DNA from: the human T2T-CHM13v2.0 reference genome, Homo sapiens
Strand: one strand, 5' to 3'
Length of the DNA stretch: 64,000 nt
NCBI RefSeq assembly: GCF_009914755.1
Contig: NC_060947.1
Positions 42,341-53,989 of this stretch are shown here, in pieces. Positions within the stretch are counted from its first letter, which is position 1; the number at the start of each line of letters is the position of its first letter. A model generated the notes under the pieces. It saw only the letters and a program-made list of their open reading frames with translations. It was not told where the DNA came from and did no database searches. The position numbers were made by a program, and so were the translations under genes.

Positions 42341-44036
42341 AGAGGGAGTTGTAGCAAGATGGCACAATAGAAGCCTCCACTGATCATCCTCCCCATAGGA
42401 ACACCAAACTTGACAACTATCTACACAAAAGAGCACCTTCATAAGAACCAAAAATCAGGTGAGCAACCACAGTACCTGTTTTTAACTTCATATTGCTGAA
42501 AGAAGCACTGAAGAAGGTAAGAAAGACAGTTTTGATTTGTCAACACCACCCCTCCCCCACTCCCCAGAAGTGGCTCTGTGGTGTAGAAAGAGAATCTGTG
42601 CACTTGGGAAGGGAGAGTGCAGCAACTGTGGGACTTTGCATTGGAAGTCAGTGCTGCCAGCACTGGGCAAAACAGTCCATGCCTACTGAGGGAGCATTTA
42701 GACCAGCCCTAGCCAGAAGGAAATCACTCATCCAAATGGTAAGAATGTGAGTTTTAGCAAGCCTCATCACTATAGGCTAAAGTGCTTGGAGGTCCTAAAT
42801 AAACTTCAAAGGCTGTCTAGGCCACAAGGAATGCAACACCTAGGCAGGTCCTACTGCTGTGCTGGGCTTAGAGCCAGTGGACGTGGGGGGCATGTGATCT
42901 AGGGAGATGTCAGCTGGGGTGGCTAAGGGAGTGCTGGCATCACCCCTCCCCTAACCCCAGGCAGCACAGATCACAGCTCTAAAAGAGACCCATTCCTTCC
43001 ACTTGAGAAGAGGAGAGGAAGGAGTAAAGAGGATTTTGTTTTTCAACTTAGATACTAGCTCAGCCATAGTAGGATAGGGCACTGGGCAGAGTCCTGAAGG
43101 CCCCATTACAGGACATAGCTCCCAGACAATATTTCTAGACACACCCGGGGCCAGAAGGGAACCTGCTGCCTTGAAGAGAAAAACTCAGTCCTGGCATGAT
43201 TCATCACCTACTAAAGAGCCCCTGGGCCCTGAATAATCAGCAGTGGTAACCAGGTAGTACACATCGTGGGCCTTGGGTGATACTGAGACATGCTGGCTTC
43301 AGTTATGACCCAGCACATTCCCAGCTGTGGTGACTATGGGGAGAGACTCCTTCTGCTTGAGAAAAGGAGAGGGATGAATAAAGGGGACTTTTTCTTGTAG
43401 TTTAGGTATCAACTCAGCTGCAGTTGGGGGAAGAGCACCAAGCAGGCTCTTGTGGTCCCTGATTCCAATCCTTGGCTCTTAGACAGCTTTTCTGGACCTA
43501 CCCTGGTCAGAGGAGAGCTCGCTGCTCTGAAATATGAGTCCCAGGCCTGGCAGCATTCACCACAAGATGACTGAAGAGCCATTGGGCATTAAGTGAACAT
43601 CAGTGGTACCCTGGCAGTACCCACCGTGGGACTGTGGTTGTGATGGACATGGGGAGAGACTCCTCCTTCTTCTCCAGAACAGGGAGGAAAGAGTGGGAAG
43701 GACTTTGTCTTGTGGTTTTGGTGCCAGTTTAGCTGCAGTAGAGTAGAGCACTAGGCAGATTTCTAACATTTCCAACTCCAGCATCTTTGGACCTGCCCAG
43801 GGCCTGGGAGATCTCACTACCCTGAAGGAAAAGACACAAGATGGGCTGGCTTGACCACCTGCTGATTATAGAGACCTAGGGCCTTGAACAAACATAGGCG
43901 GTAGCCAGGTAGTGGTCACAGCAGGCCTTGAGCAAGACCCAGTGCTGTGCTGGCTTCAGGTCTGACACAGTGTAATACGAGTGGTGGTGGCCACAGAAGT
44001 GCTTGTGTCACTCTACCCCAGCTCCAGGAGGATCAG

Positions 44037-44076
<40 letters not shown>

Positions 44077-47000
44077 CTCTGTTTGTTTGGGAGAAAGTAA
44101 GGGAAGAGAAAGAGTCTCTGCCTGGCAATCCAGAGCATTCTTCCAGATCTAATCCAAGACCACCAAGGTGGTATCTACAAGTCTGCAAGAACTACAGTGT
44201 TACTAGGCTTAGGGTGCCCCCTAAGGCAGGCATGGCTTAGATCACAACACCCAGGTCCTTTTGAATACCTGGAAATCCTTTCCAAGAAGGATAGGTACAA
44301 ACAAGCCCAGATGGCAAAGACCACAATACATACCTAACTCTTCAATGCCACAACACCGACAAACATCCACGATCATCAAGACCATGCAGGGAAATATGGT
44401 CTCACAAATTAACTAAATGAAGCACCAGGGGCCAATCCCAGAGAGATAGAGATATGTGACATTTCAGACAGAGAATTGAAAATAGCTGTTTTGAGAAAAC
44501 TCAAAGAAATTCAAGATATCACAGAGAAGGAATTCAGAATTCTATCAGACAAATTTAACAAAGGAATTGAAGTAATTAAAAATAATCAAGCAGAAATTCT
44601 GGAGATGAATAATGCAATTGAAATACTGAAGAATGCATCACAGTCTCTTAACAGCAGAATTGATCAAGCAGAAAAAAGAATTAGTGAGCTTGAAGACAGG
44701 TTATTTGAAAATACACGGTGAGAGGAAAAAAAGAATAAAAACATTGAGGCATACCGACAAGACCTAGAAAATAGCCTCAAAAGGGCAAATCTAAGTGTTA
44801 TTTGCATTAAAGAAGAGGTAGAGAGAGCATCAGGGGTAGAAAGTGTATTCAAAGGGATAACAACAGAGAACTTCCCAAACTTAGAGAAAGATATCAATAT
44901 CCAAGTACAATAAATTTATAGAACACCAGGCAGATTAACCCAAAGAAGACTACCTCAAGGCAGCTAATAATCAAACTCCCAAAGGTCAACGATAAAGAAA
45001 GGATCCTAAAAGCAGCAAGAGAAAAGAAACAAACAACATACAATAGAGCTCGGATACCTTTGGCAGCAGACTTTCCAGTAGAAACCTTACAGGCCAGGAG
45101 AGAGTGGCATATTTAAAGTGCTGAAGGAAAGAAACTTTTACCCTAGATGAGTTTGTGCAGTGATAACACCCTTCAAACATTAAGGAGAAATAAACACTTT
45201 CCCAGAGAAACAAAATCTGAGAGATTTCATCAGACCTGTCCTACAAGAAATGCAGAAAGGAGTTCTCCAATTTGAAAGTAAAGGATGTTATTATGCAATA
45301 AGAAAACATCTGAAGGTGTGAAACTCACTGGTAATATTAAGTACACGGAAAAAACACAGAATATTACAACACCGTAATTGTGGTGTGTAAACTACTGATA
45401 TCTTAACTAGAAAGATGAAAAGATAAACCAATAAAAAAATAACTACCACAACTTTTCAAGACAGACAGTACAATAAGATATGCATAGAAACAACAGACAT
45501 ACAGAACAATGGAACAGAGCCCAGAAAGAAATTTGTACATCTACAGTGAACTCATTTTTTTACAAATATGCCAAAAACATACACTGGGGGAAAGGACAGT
45601 CTCTTCAGTAAATGGTGCTGGGAAAACTGGATATACATATGCAGAAGAAGGAAACTAGACTCCATCTCTTGCCATATACAAAAATCAAATTAAAATGGAT
45701 TAAAGACTTCAATCTAAGTCCTCAAACTATGAAACTTTTACAAGAAAACATTGGTGAAACTTTTACAAGAAAACATTGGTGAAACTTTCCAGGACATTGA
45801 ACTGGGCAAAGATTTCTTGAGTAATACCCCATAAACACAGGCAACCAAAGCAAAAATGAACAAATGGGATCATATCAAGCTAAAAAGCATTTGCACAGCA
45901 AAGGAAACAATCAACAAACTAAAGAGACAACCCACAGAATGGGAGAAAATATTTGCAGACTAGCCATTTGACATGGTTAGGCTTTGTGTCCCCACCCAAA
46001 TCTCATATTGAATTGTAATTCCCATAATCCACATAATCCCCAAGTGTCAAGGGAGAGACCAGGTGGAGGTAACTGGATCATGGGGGTAGTTTCCCCATGC
46101 TGTTCTCATGATAGTGAGTGAGTTCCCACGAGATCTGATGGTTTTCTAAGGGGCTCTTCCGACTTCACTCAGCACTTCTCCTTCCTGCCACCTTGTGAAG
46201 AAGGTGCCTTACTTTCCCTTCACCTTCCACCGTGATTCTAAGTTCCCTGAGGGCTCCCCAGCCATGCTGAACTATGATTCAATTAAACCTCTTTCTTTAT
46301 AAATTACCCAGTCTCAGGCAGTTCTTTATAGCAGTATGAAAACGGACTAATACACCATCTGAAAAGGGATTGATAGCTAGGATATATAGGGAGCTCAAGC
46401 AACTCTATAAGAAAATAATCTGTAATCCAATTTTAAAATGGACAAAAAGATCTGAATAGACAATTCTCAAAAGGCATACAAATGGCAAACAGGTATATGA
46501 AAATGTGCTCAACATCATTGATCATCAGAGAAATGGAAATCAAAACTACAATGAGATATCATCTCACCCCAGTAAAAAAAAGCTTTTATCCAAAACACAG
46601 GTAATAACAAATGCTGGCAAGGATGCGGAGAAAAGGAAACCCTACCTAGTACACTGTTGGTTGGAATGTAAATTAGTACAACCACTTTGGAGAAAAGTTT
46701 GGAGGTTCTTCAAAAAACTCAATATAGAGCTACCATATGATCTAGCCATCCCACTGCTGGGCATATGCCCAAAATGAAGTAAATCAGTATATCAAAAAGA
46801 TATCTGCCCTCCCATGTTTGCTGCAGCACTGTTCACAATAACCAAGATTTGGAAGCCACCTAAGTGGCCAACAACAGATGAATGGTTAAAGAAAATGTGG
46901 CGCATATACACAATAGAGTACTATTCCACCACAAAATAATGAGATCCTGTCATTTGCAACAATATGGATGGAACTGAAGGTCTTTATGTTAAGTGAAATA

Positions 47001-47255
47001 AGCCAGGCACAGAATGACAAACTTTGCATGTTCTCATTTATTTCTGGGAGCTAAAAATGAAAACAATTGGACTCATGGAAAGGGTAGAACGATGGTCCCT
47101 AGAGACTGCGAAGGTTTGGGTGGGGGGCAGAACAGCCCAAGTAGGAATGTTTAATGGGTACAAAAAATAGTTAGATTAAGTAAGATCGATTATTTGATAG
47201 CACAACAGGGTGACTACAGTCAATAATAATTTAATTGTACGTTTAAAAATAACTA
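42341..47255 (+). mobile_element. L1MA1/2 (L1M1) LINE-1: 5'UTR, ORF1, ORF2 largely deleted, 3' part
   Basis: GCAAGATGGC..AATAGAAGCCTCCAC 5' end and ORF1 peptide 44476-44721. Jumps at ~45495 into the ORF2 C-terminal third. 3'UTR breaks at 47255. (GA)n at 44040-44076. Confidence 0.88.
45969..46354 (+). mobile_element. THE1D-like MaLR solo LTR
   Basis: TGACATGGTTAGGCTTTGTGTCCCCACCCAAATCTC...GGACTAATACA; TSD CCATT/CCATC. Confidence 0.92.
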
Positions 47256-50200
47256 GATTCAGGAGATCATGGCAGACTGGAGGCAGGACTAGATTGCAGC
47301 TCTGGACAGAGCACCATGTGGAGGCTTGCACTGTGAATTTTAGCCACAGATTAACTGCAATAACAAACCAGCAATCCCGAGATGACCCACAGACGCTCTG
47401 AAGGAAGCGGACTGCTCCTGCAGGACCCAGGAGACACCCCAAACACTGTGAGTGCCCCAACTGTGGAAGTGGGAAAGGGAGACCATCCTCTCCCAAACAC
47501 ATCCCCCACCGGGGAAGCTGAAGGTCTGTTTGTGGGAGAAGTTTCTGACTTTACCTGGAGCTGAGTCAAGTTAGAGAGCTGAGTGAAATGCAGGGGTAAA
47601 GGAAGCAGCAGAAAGGCCCTGGGGGCTCACTGGGTCCCCAAGCAGCCCATTCCTGCTTGGCACCACAGGCATCCATTGGGAGGGTGGTCAGAGGAGTAGG
47701 GGATAAACAGGGAGAAGGAATTCTTTAGCTGAACTTTGTAACAATTTGAACAGGGAAAGAAGCCTCCTGGCCAGAACTCAGGGGAGGGCACAAATATCAC
47801 AGGTAGGGGAAGAACTAAATCCCTTTTCTCTTGCAGCTGAGAGGTGGATTGCCTTGGGCAAGTTTTCAAGCCCATTTTGCCCTCCATCTGGGAACAGACT
47901 CAGAGTTGTTGGGGAAGGGGGCACGGTGGGAGTGAGACCGGCCCTTCAGTTTACTTGTGAGTTGGGTGAGGCCTCTGACTGCCAGCTTTCCCCCACCTCC
48001 CTGACACCCTGCATGACTCAGCAGATGCAACCATAATCTTCCTATGTACAAAACTCCAGTGATCTGGGAATCTCACCCCTATCCTCCACAGCAGCCTCAG
48101 CAAGACCCACCCAAGGAGCATCTGAGCTCAGACACTCCTAGCCCCACCCCCACCTGGTGGTCCTTTCCTATCCACCCTGGTAGTGGAAGACAAGGGAGTT
48201 CTAGGACCCTGCCCACCACCAATTCCTCTCCACACTACTACAGCTGATGCTTTCTGGAAAGCTCCACCTCCTGGCAAGAGGCCAATCAGCACAAAGAACA
48301 TTAAACCACCAAAGCTAAGGACCTTCACAGAGTCCATTGCACCCTCCGATATCGCCACTGAAACAGGCGCTGGTATTGCTGGCTGAGAGACCCATAGATG
48401 GTTCACATCACAGGACTCTGTGCAGACAACCCCCAGTACCAGCCCAGAGCCAGGTAGACTCGCTGAGCGGCTAGACCCCAGAAGAGACACAACAATCACA
48501 GCAGTCTGCTCACAGGAAGCCACATCCATTGGAAAAGGGGGAGAGTACTATATGAAGGGAACACCACGTGGGACAAAAGAATCTGAACTACAGCCTTCAG
48601 CCCTAGACATTTCCTCTGATTGAGCCTACCCAAATGAGAAGGAACAAATAAATCAACCCTGGTAATATGAAAAAAGGAGGCTCTTCAACACCCCCTCAAA
48701 ATTATACTACTTCACCAGCAATGATCCAAACCAAGAAGAAATCCCTGATTTACCTGAAAAAGAATTCAGAAGGTTAGTTATTAAGCTAATCAGGGAGGGA
48801 CCAGAGAAAGGTAGTCCAAAAAATGATACAAGAAGTGAAGGGAGAAATATTCATGGACATAGATAGCTTAAAGAACAAACAACAAAAAATTCAGGAAACT
48901 TTGGACACACTTTCAGAAATGCAAAAGACTTTAGAAAGTCTCAGCAACAGAATTGAGCAAGTATAAGAAAGAAATTCAGAGCTCAAGGACAAGGTCTTCA
49001 AATTAACCCAATCCAACAAAGACAAAGAAAAAAGAGTAAGAAAATATGAATAAACCCTCCAAAAATTCTGGAATTATGTTAAACGACCAAACCTAAGAAA
49101 AATCAGTGTACCTAAGGGAGAAGAGAATTCTAAAAGCCTGGAAAACATATTTGGGGGAATAATTGAGGAAAACTGCCCCAGCCTTGCAAGAGACCTAGAC
49201 AGCCAAATACAAGAAGCACAAAGAACGCCTGGAAAATTCCTCGCAAAAAGATGTTCGCCTATGCACATTGTCATCAGGTTATCCAAAGTTAAGAAGAAGG
49301 AAAGAATCTTAAGAGCTGTGAGACAGAAGCACCAGGTAATCTATACAGGAAAACCTATCAGATTGACAGCAGATTTCTCAGCAGAAGCCCTACAAGCTAG
49401 AAGGGATTGGGGATTTATCTTCAGCCTCCTCAAACAAAACAATTAACTGCCAAGAATTTTGTATCCAATGAAACAAAGCATCATATATGAAGGAAAGATA
49501 CAGTCGTCTTCAGACAAACAAAGCTGAGAGAATTCGCCATTACCAAACCACCACTACAAGAACTGCTAAAAGGAGCTCTAACTCTTGAAACAAATCTTGG
49601 AAACACACCAAAACAGAACCTCATTAAAGCATAAATCACAGAGGATCTATAAAACAAAAATACAAGTTAAAAAGCAAAACAAAACAAAACAAAACAAAAA
49701 CCTCAAACTACACAGGCAACAAAGAGCATGATGAAAGCAACTATACCTCATATTTCAATAATAACATTGAATGTAAATGCTGTAAATGTCCCACTTAAAA
49801 GATTCAGAACAGCAGAATGGATAAGAACTCACCAAACAACTATCTGCTGCCTTCAGGAGACTCACCTAACACATAAGGACTCACATAAACTTAAAATAAA
49901 GGAGTGGAAAAAAGGCATTTCATGCAAATGCACACCAAAAGCGAGCAGGGGTAGCTATTCATATATCAGACAAAACAAAAAGCAACAGCGGTGAAAAGAG
50001 GGACAGTATATAATGGTAAAAGAGGGACAAAGAGGGACAATACATAATGGTAAAAGGCCTTGTTCAACAGGAAAATATCACAATCTTAAACATATATGCA
50101 CCTAACAAATGGAGCTCCAAAATTTATAAAACAATTACTAACAGACCTAAGAAATGAGATAGACAGTAACACAATAATAGTAGGGGATTTCAATACTCCA

Positions 50201-52560
50201 CTGACAGCACTAGACAAGTCATCAAGAAAGAAAGTCACCAAAGAAACAATGGGTTTAAACTATACCTTGGAACAAATGGACTTAACAGATATATACATAA
50301 CATTTCATCCAACAACCGCAGAATACACATTCTACTCAAGAGCACATGGAACTTTCTCCAAGATAGACAATATGATAGGCCATAAAATGAGTCTCTATAA
50401 ATTTAAGAAAATTGAAATTATATCAAGCACTCTCTCAGACCATGGTAGAATAAAACTGGAAATCAACTCCAAAAAGAACCTTCAAAACCATGCAAATACA
50501 TGGAAATTAAATAACCTGCTCCTGAAAGAGCACTGGGTCAAAAACAAAATCAAGATGGAAATTAAACAATTCTCCGAACTGAATGACAATAGTGACACAG
50601 CCTATGATAACCTCTAGGATACAGCAAAGGCAGTGCTAAGAGGAAAGTTCATAGCCATAAACGCCCATATCAAAAAGTGTGAAAGAGCATAAACAGACAA
50701 TCTAAGGTTACACCTCAAGGAACCAGACAAACAAGAACAAACAAAACCCAAACCCAGCAGAAGAAAGGAAATAACCAAGATCAGAGCAGAACTAAATGAA
50801 ATTCAAAACCAAAAAAATACAAAAGATAAATGAAACAAAAAGCTGGTTCTTTGAAAAGATAAATAAAAAGGAAAGACCATTAGCAAGATTAAACAAGAAA
50901 AGAAGAGAGAAAATCCAAATAATGTCACTAAGAAACAAAACAGGAGATATTACAACTGACACCACTGAAATACAAAAGATCATTCAAGGCTACTATGAAC
51001 ACCTTTATGCACATAAAATAGGAAACCTAGAAGAGATGTATAAATTCCTGAAAAAATAAAATCCTCCTAGCTTAAATCAGGAAGAATTAGATATCCTGAA
51101 CAGACCAATAACAAGGAGTGAGATTGAAATGGTAATTAAAAAATTACCAACAAAAAAAATCCAGGACCAGATGGATTCACAGCAGAATTTTACCAGACAT
51201 TCAAAGAAGAATTGGTACCTATCCTTTTGACACTATTATACAAGACAGAGAAAGAAGGAACCCTCCCTAATTCATTCTATGAAGCCAGCATCACCCTAAT
51301 ACCAAAACCAGGAAAGGGCATAACCAAAACAGAAAACTATAGACTGATATCCTTGATGAACATAGATGCTAAAATCCTTAACAAAATACTAGCTAACAGA
51401 ATTCAAAAACATATCAAAAAGATAATCCACCATGATCAAGTGGGTTTCATACCAGGGATGCAGGTATGGTTTAACATACGCAAGTCAATAAATGTGATAC
51501 ACCACATAAACAGAATAAAAAAGAAGAATCACATGATCATCTCAACAGATGCAGAGAAAACATTTGAAAAAATCCAGTATCCCTTTATGATTAAAACTCT
51601 CAGCATAATTGGCATAAAAAGGACATACCTCAATGTAATAAAAGCCATCTATAACAAACCCACAGCCAACATAATACTGAATGGGGAAAAGTTGAAAGCA
51701 TTCCTTCTGAGAACTGGAACAAGACAAGGATGCCCGCTCTCACCACTCCTCTTCACCATAGTACTGGAAGTCCTAGCCAGAGCAATCAGACAAGAGAAAG
51801 AAATAAAGGGCATCCAAATCGGTAAAGAGGAAGTCAAACTGTCACTATTTGCTGATGATATGATCGTTTACCTTGAAAACCCTAAGGACTCCTCTAGAAA
51901 GCTCCTAGAACTGATAAAATAATTCAGCAAAGTTTATGGATACAAGATTAATCTACACAGATCAGTAGCTCTTCTATACACCAACAGCCACCAAGCAGAG
52001 AGTCGAATCAAGAACTCAACCCCTTTTACAATAGCTGCAAAACAATAAAATACTTAGGAATATACCTAACAAAGGAGTTGAAAGTCCTCTACAAGGAAAA
52101 CTATGAAACACTGCTGAAAGAAATCATAGATGACACAAACAAATGGAAACACATCCCATGTTCATGTATGGGTAGAATCAATATTGTGAAAATGATCATC
52201 CTGACTAAAGCAGTCAACAAATTCAATGCAATCCCCATCAGAATACCACCACCATTCTTCACAGAATTAGAAAAAATGATTCTAAAATTCATATGGAACC
52301 AAAAAAGAAAAAGAAAAACACGCATAGCCAAAGCAACACTAAGCAAAAAGAACAAATCTGGATGCATCACACTACCTGATTTCAAACTATACTATAAGGC
52401 CATAGTCACCAAAACAGCGTGGTACTGGTATAAAAATAGGCACATAGACCGATGGAACAGAATAGAGAACCCAGAAATAAAGCTGAATACTTACAGCCAA
52501 CTGATCTTTGACAAAGCAAACTAAAACATAAAGTAAGGAAAGGACACCCTTTTCAACAAA
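47256..52560 (+). mobile_element. L1PB1 (L1PBa 5' end) LINE-1: 5'UTR, ORF1 and ORF2 (EN+RT) pseudogenised, broken at 52560
   Basis: ORFs 49728-49994 (EN: TLNVN..CCLQETHL), 50096-50617 (GDFNTPL, SDH), 51212-51922 (RT: [14 protein letters not shown]) and 52078-52524, with multiple stops and frameshifts. Confidence 0.93.
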
Positions 52561-52690
52561 AAAAGAGAAAGTTTAGGTTATTAATTTGAGACTTTTCTTC
52601 TTTTGTAATATAGACATTTAAAGCTATACATTATTCTCCAACCACTTCATTAGATGCATTCCATAGGTTTTGAACTCTTATGTCGTTTTT
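52561..52690 (-). mobile_element. Inverted ORF2 piece of the old L1M host
   Basis: Reverse complement CAAAACCTATGGAATGCATCTAA...AAAAGAAGAAAAGTCTCAAATTAATAACCTAAACTTT fills the consensus gap between 42340 and 57264. Confidence 0.82.
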
Positions 52691-53181
52691 TAAGTTTTAA
52701 TTTCTGTGGGTACATATTACATGTATATTTATGGGGTATATGGAATATTTTGATACAGACATGCAGTGTGTAAAAATCACATAAGGGTAAATGGGGTATC
52801 CATCACCTCAAGCATTTATCCTTCGTATTACAAACAATCCAATTATATTCTTTTATTTATTCTTTTTTAAAAAAATTTTTGAGACAGATTCTCGTTCTCT
52901 TGCCAGGCTGGAGGGTAATGACATGATCTTGGCTCACTGCAACCTCCAACTCCTGGGTTCAAGCGATTCTCCTGCCTCAGCATCCTGAGTAGCTGGAATT
53001 ACAGGCATGTGCCACCATGCCTGGCTAATTTTTGTATTTTTAGTAGAGACAGGGTTTCACCATGTTGACCAGGTTGGTCTCAAACTCCTGACCTCAAATG
53101 AACCACCCATCTCAGCCTCACAAAGTTCTGGGATTACAGGCATGAGCCAATGCACATGGCCTATTCTCTTTTAGTTACTTT
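52691..53181 (-). mobile_element. Inverted terminal 3'UTR of the L1MA1/2, split by an Alu
   Basis: Reverse complement TAACTAAAAGAGAATA..ATTGGATTGTTTGTAA..GGATAAATGCTTGAGGTGATGGATACCCC..GTACCCACAGAAATTAAAA continues 47255. Confidence 0.88.
52862..53161 (-). mobile_element. AluS (Sx/Sz-like)
   Basis: Full dimer; CTCCTGACCTCAAATGA; flanked by TATTCT duplication. Confidence 0.9.
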
Positions 53182-53460
53182 ATTTTTCTGTAAGTTATTG
53201 GGATACAGGTGGTATTTGGTTACATGAATAAGTTGTTTAGTGGTGATTTGTGAGATTTTGGTGCACCTATTACCCAAGCAGTATACACTGCACCATATTT
53301 GTAGTCTTTTATCCCTCGCCCCCTCCCACTCTTTCCCCCAAGTTGCCAAAGTCCATTGTATCATTCTTATGCCTTTGTGTCCTCATAGCTTAGCTCCCAC
53401 ATATCAGTAAGAACATACGATGTTTGGCTTTCCATTCCTGAGTTACATCGCTTAGAGTAA
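53182..53460 (-). mobile_element. Inverted 3' end of the L1PB1
   Basis: TTATTGGGATACAGGTGGTATTTGGTTACATGAATAAG..GTGAGATTTTGGTGCACC is an L1PB 3'UTR. TSD AAAATAACTA (47246-55) matches rc AAAGTAACTA (53172-81). Confidence 0.88.
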
Positions 53461-53491
53461 GTGCTGTTGGGGAGGTTGGCCAATGACTGCT

Positions 53492-53957
53492 CTAATTGCT
53501 TCCCGCTAAATTGGGGTGTAGTAGGGGTCGTGCAGTTGAGATTTCCTCGGAAGCCGTGCCTTCAATGTCATCAACATCAGAGCATGGGCTAGCAGGCCGG
53601 TCCAGGGGTCCGTGGTAGATCTTAGCCATGGACTGCATCTGGGGCTCTATTTTAAGAAGCATTTGTAGTTTTACAGCTTCGATTCTGCAAGAGACAAGCT
53701 TAACAAGGAGGTTAAAGATACAGGGATTGAAATGTATGGCCTGAAGTGCAGGGTCATATAGGTGTGGGTGGTGAAAATGGGGTTTCCTTTAGAAAAACTC
53801 CTATACGATGGGTCATCAATATTTCCAGGAAGCCGCATTCTCCATAGAAGCTCTTGGTAATGGGAGCTACTGGTAGTACAGTGGCATGGAGGGGGTTCAG
53901 TGAGAGTGAAAGGGGGTAAGAGAACAGTAAAGAAAAAAATATGACAAGGAGGGCCAT
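53492..53957 (-). pseudogene. env: HERV-W env remnant (syncytin-1 paralogue), frameshifted and doubly deleted
   Basis: HIFFFTVLLPPFTLTEPPPCHCTTSSSHYQELLWRMRLPGNIDDPSYRS matches the syncytin-1 N-terminus. The tail EEISTARPLLHPNLAGSN* matches its C-terminus. Confidence 0.9.
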
Positions 53958-53989
53958 GAGGATCTACGATTCTAGTTACTTTCCTCACG

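Noticed and set aside
47256-52560. Possible active full-length L1
   Set aside because: It is an old L1PB with many stops and frameshifts, and its 3' end is detached by the inversion.
53492-53957. ERVW-1 (syncytin-1) gene
   Set aside because: Frameshifted, mostly deleted, retains the 12-bp segment absent in ERVW-1, and has no LTR.
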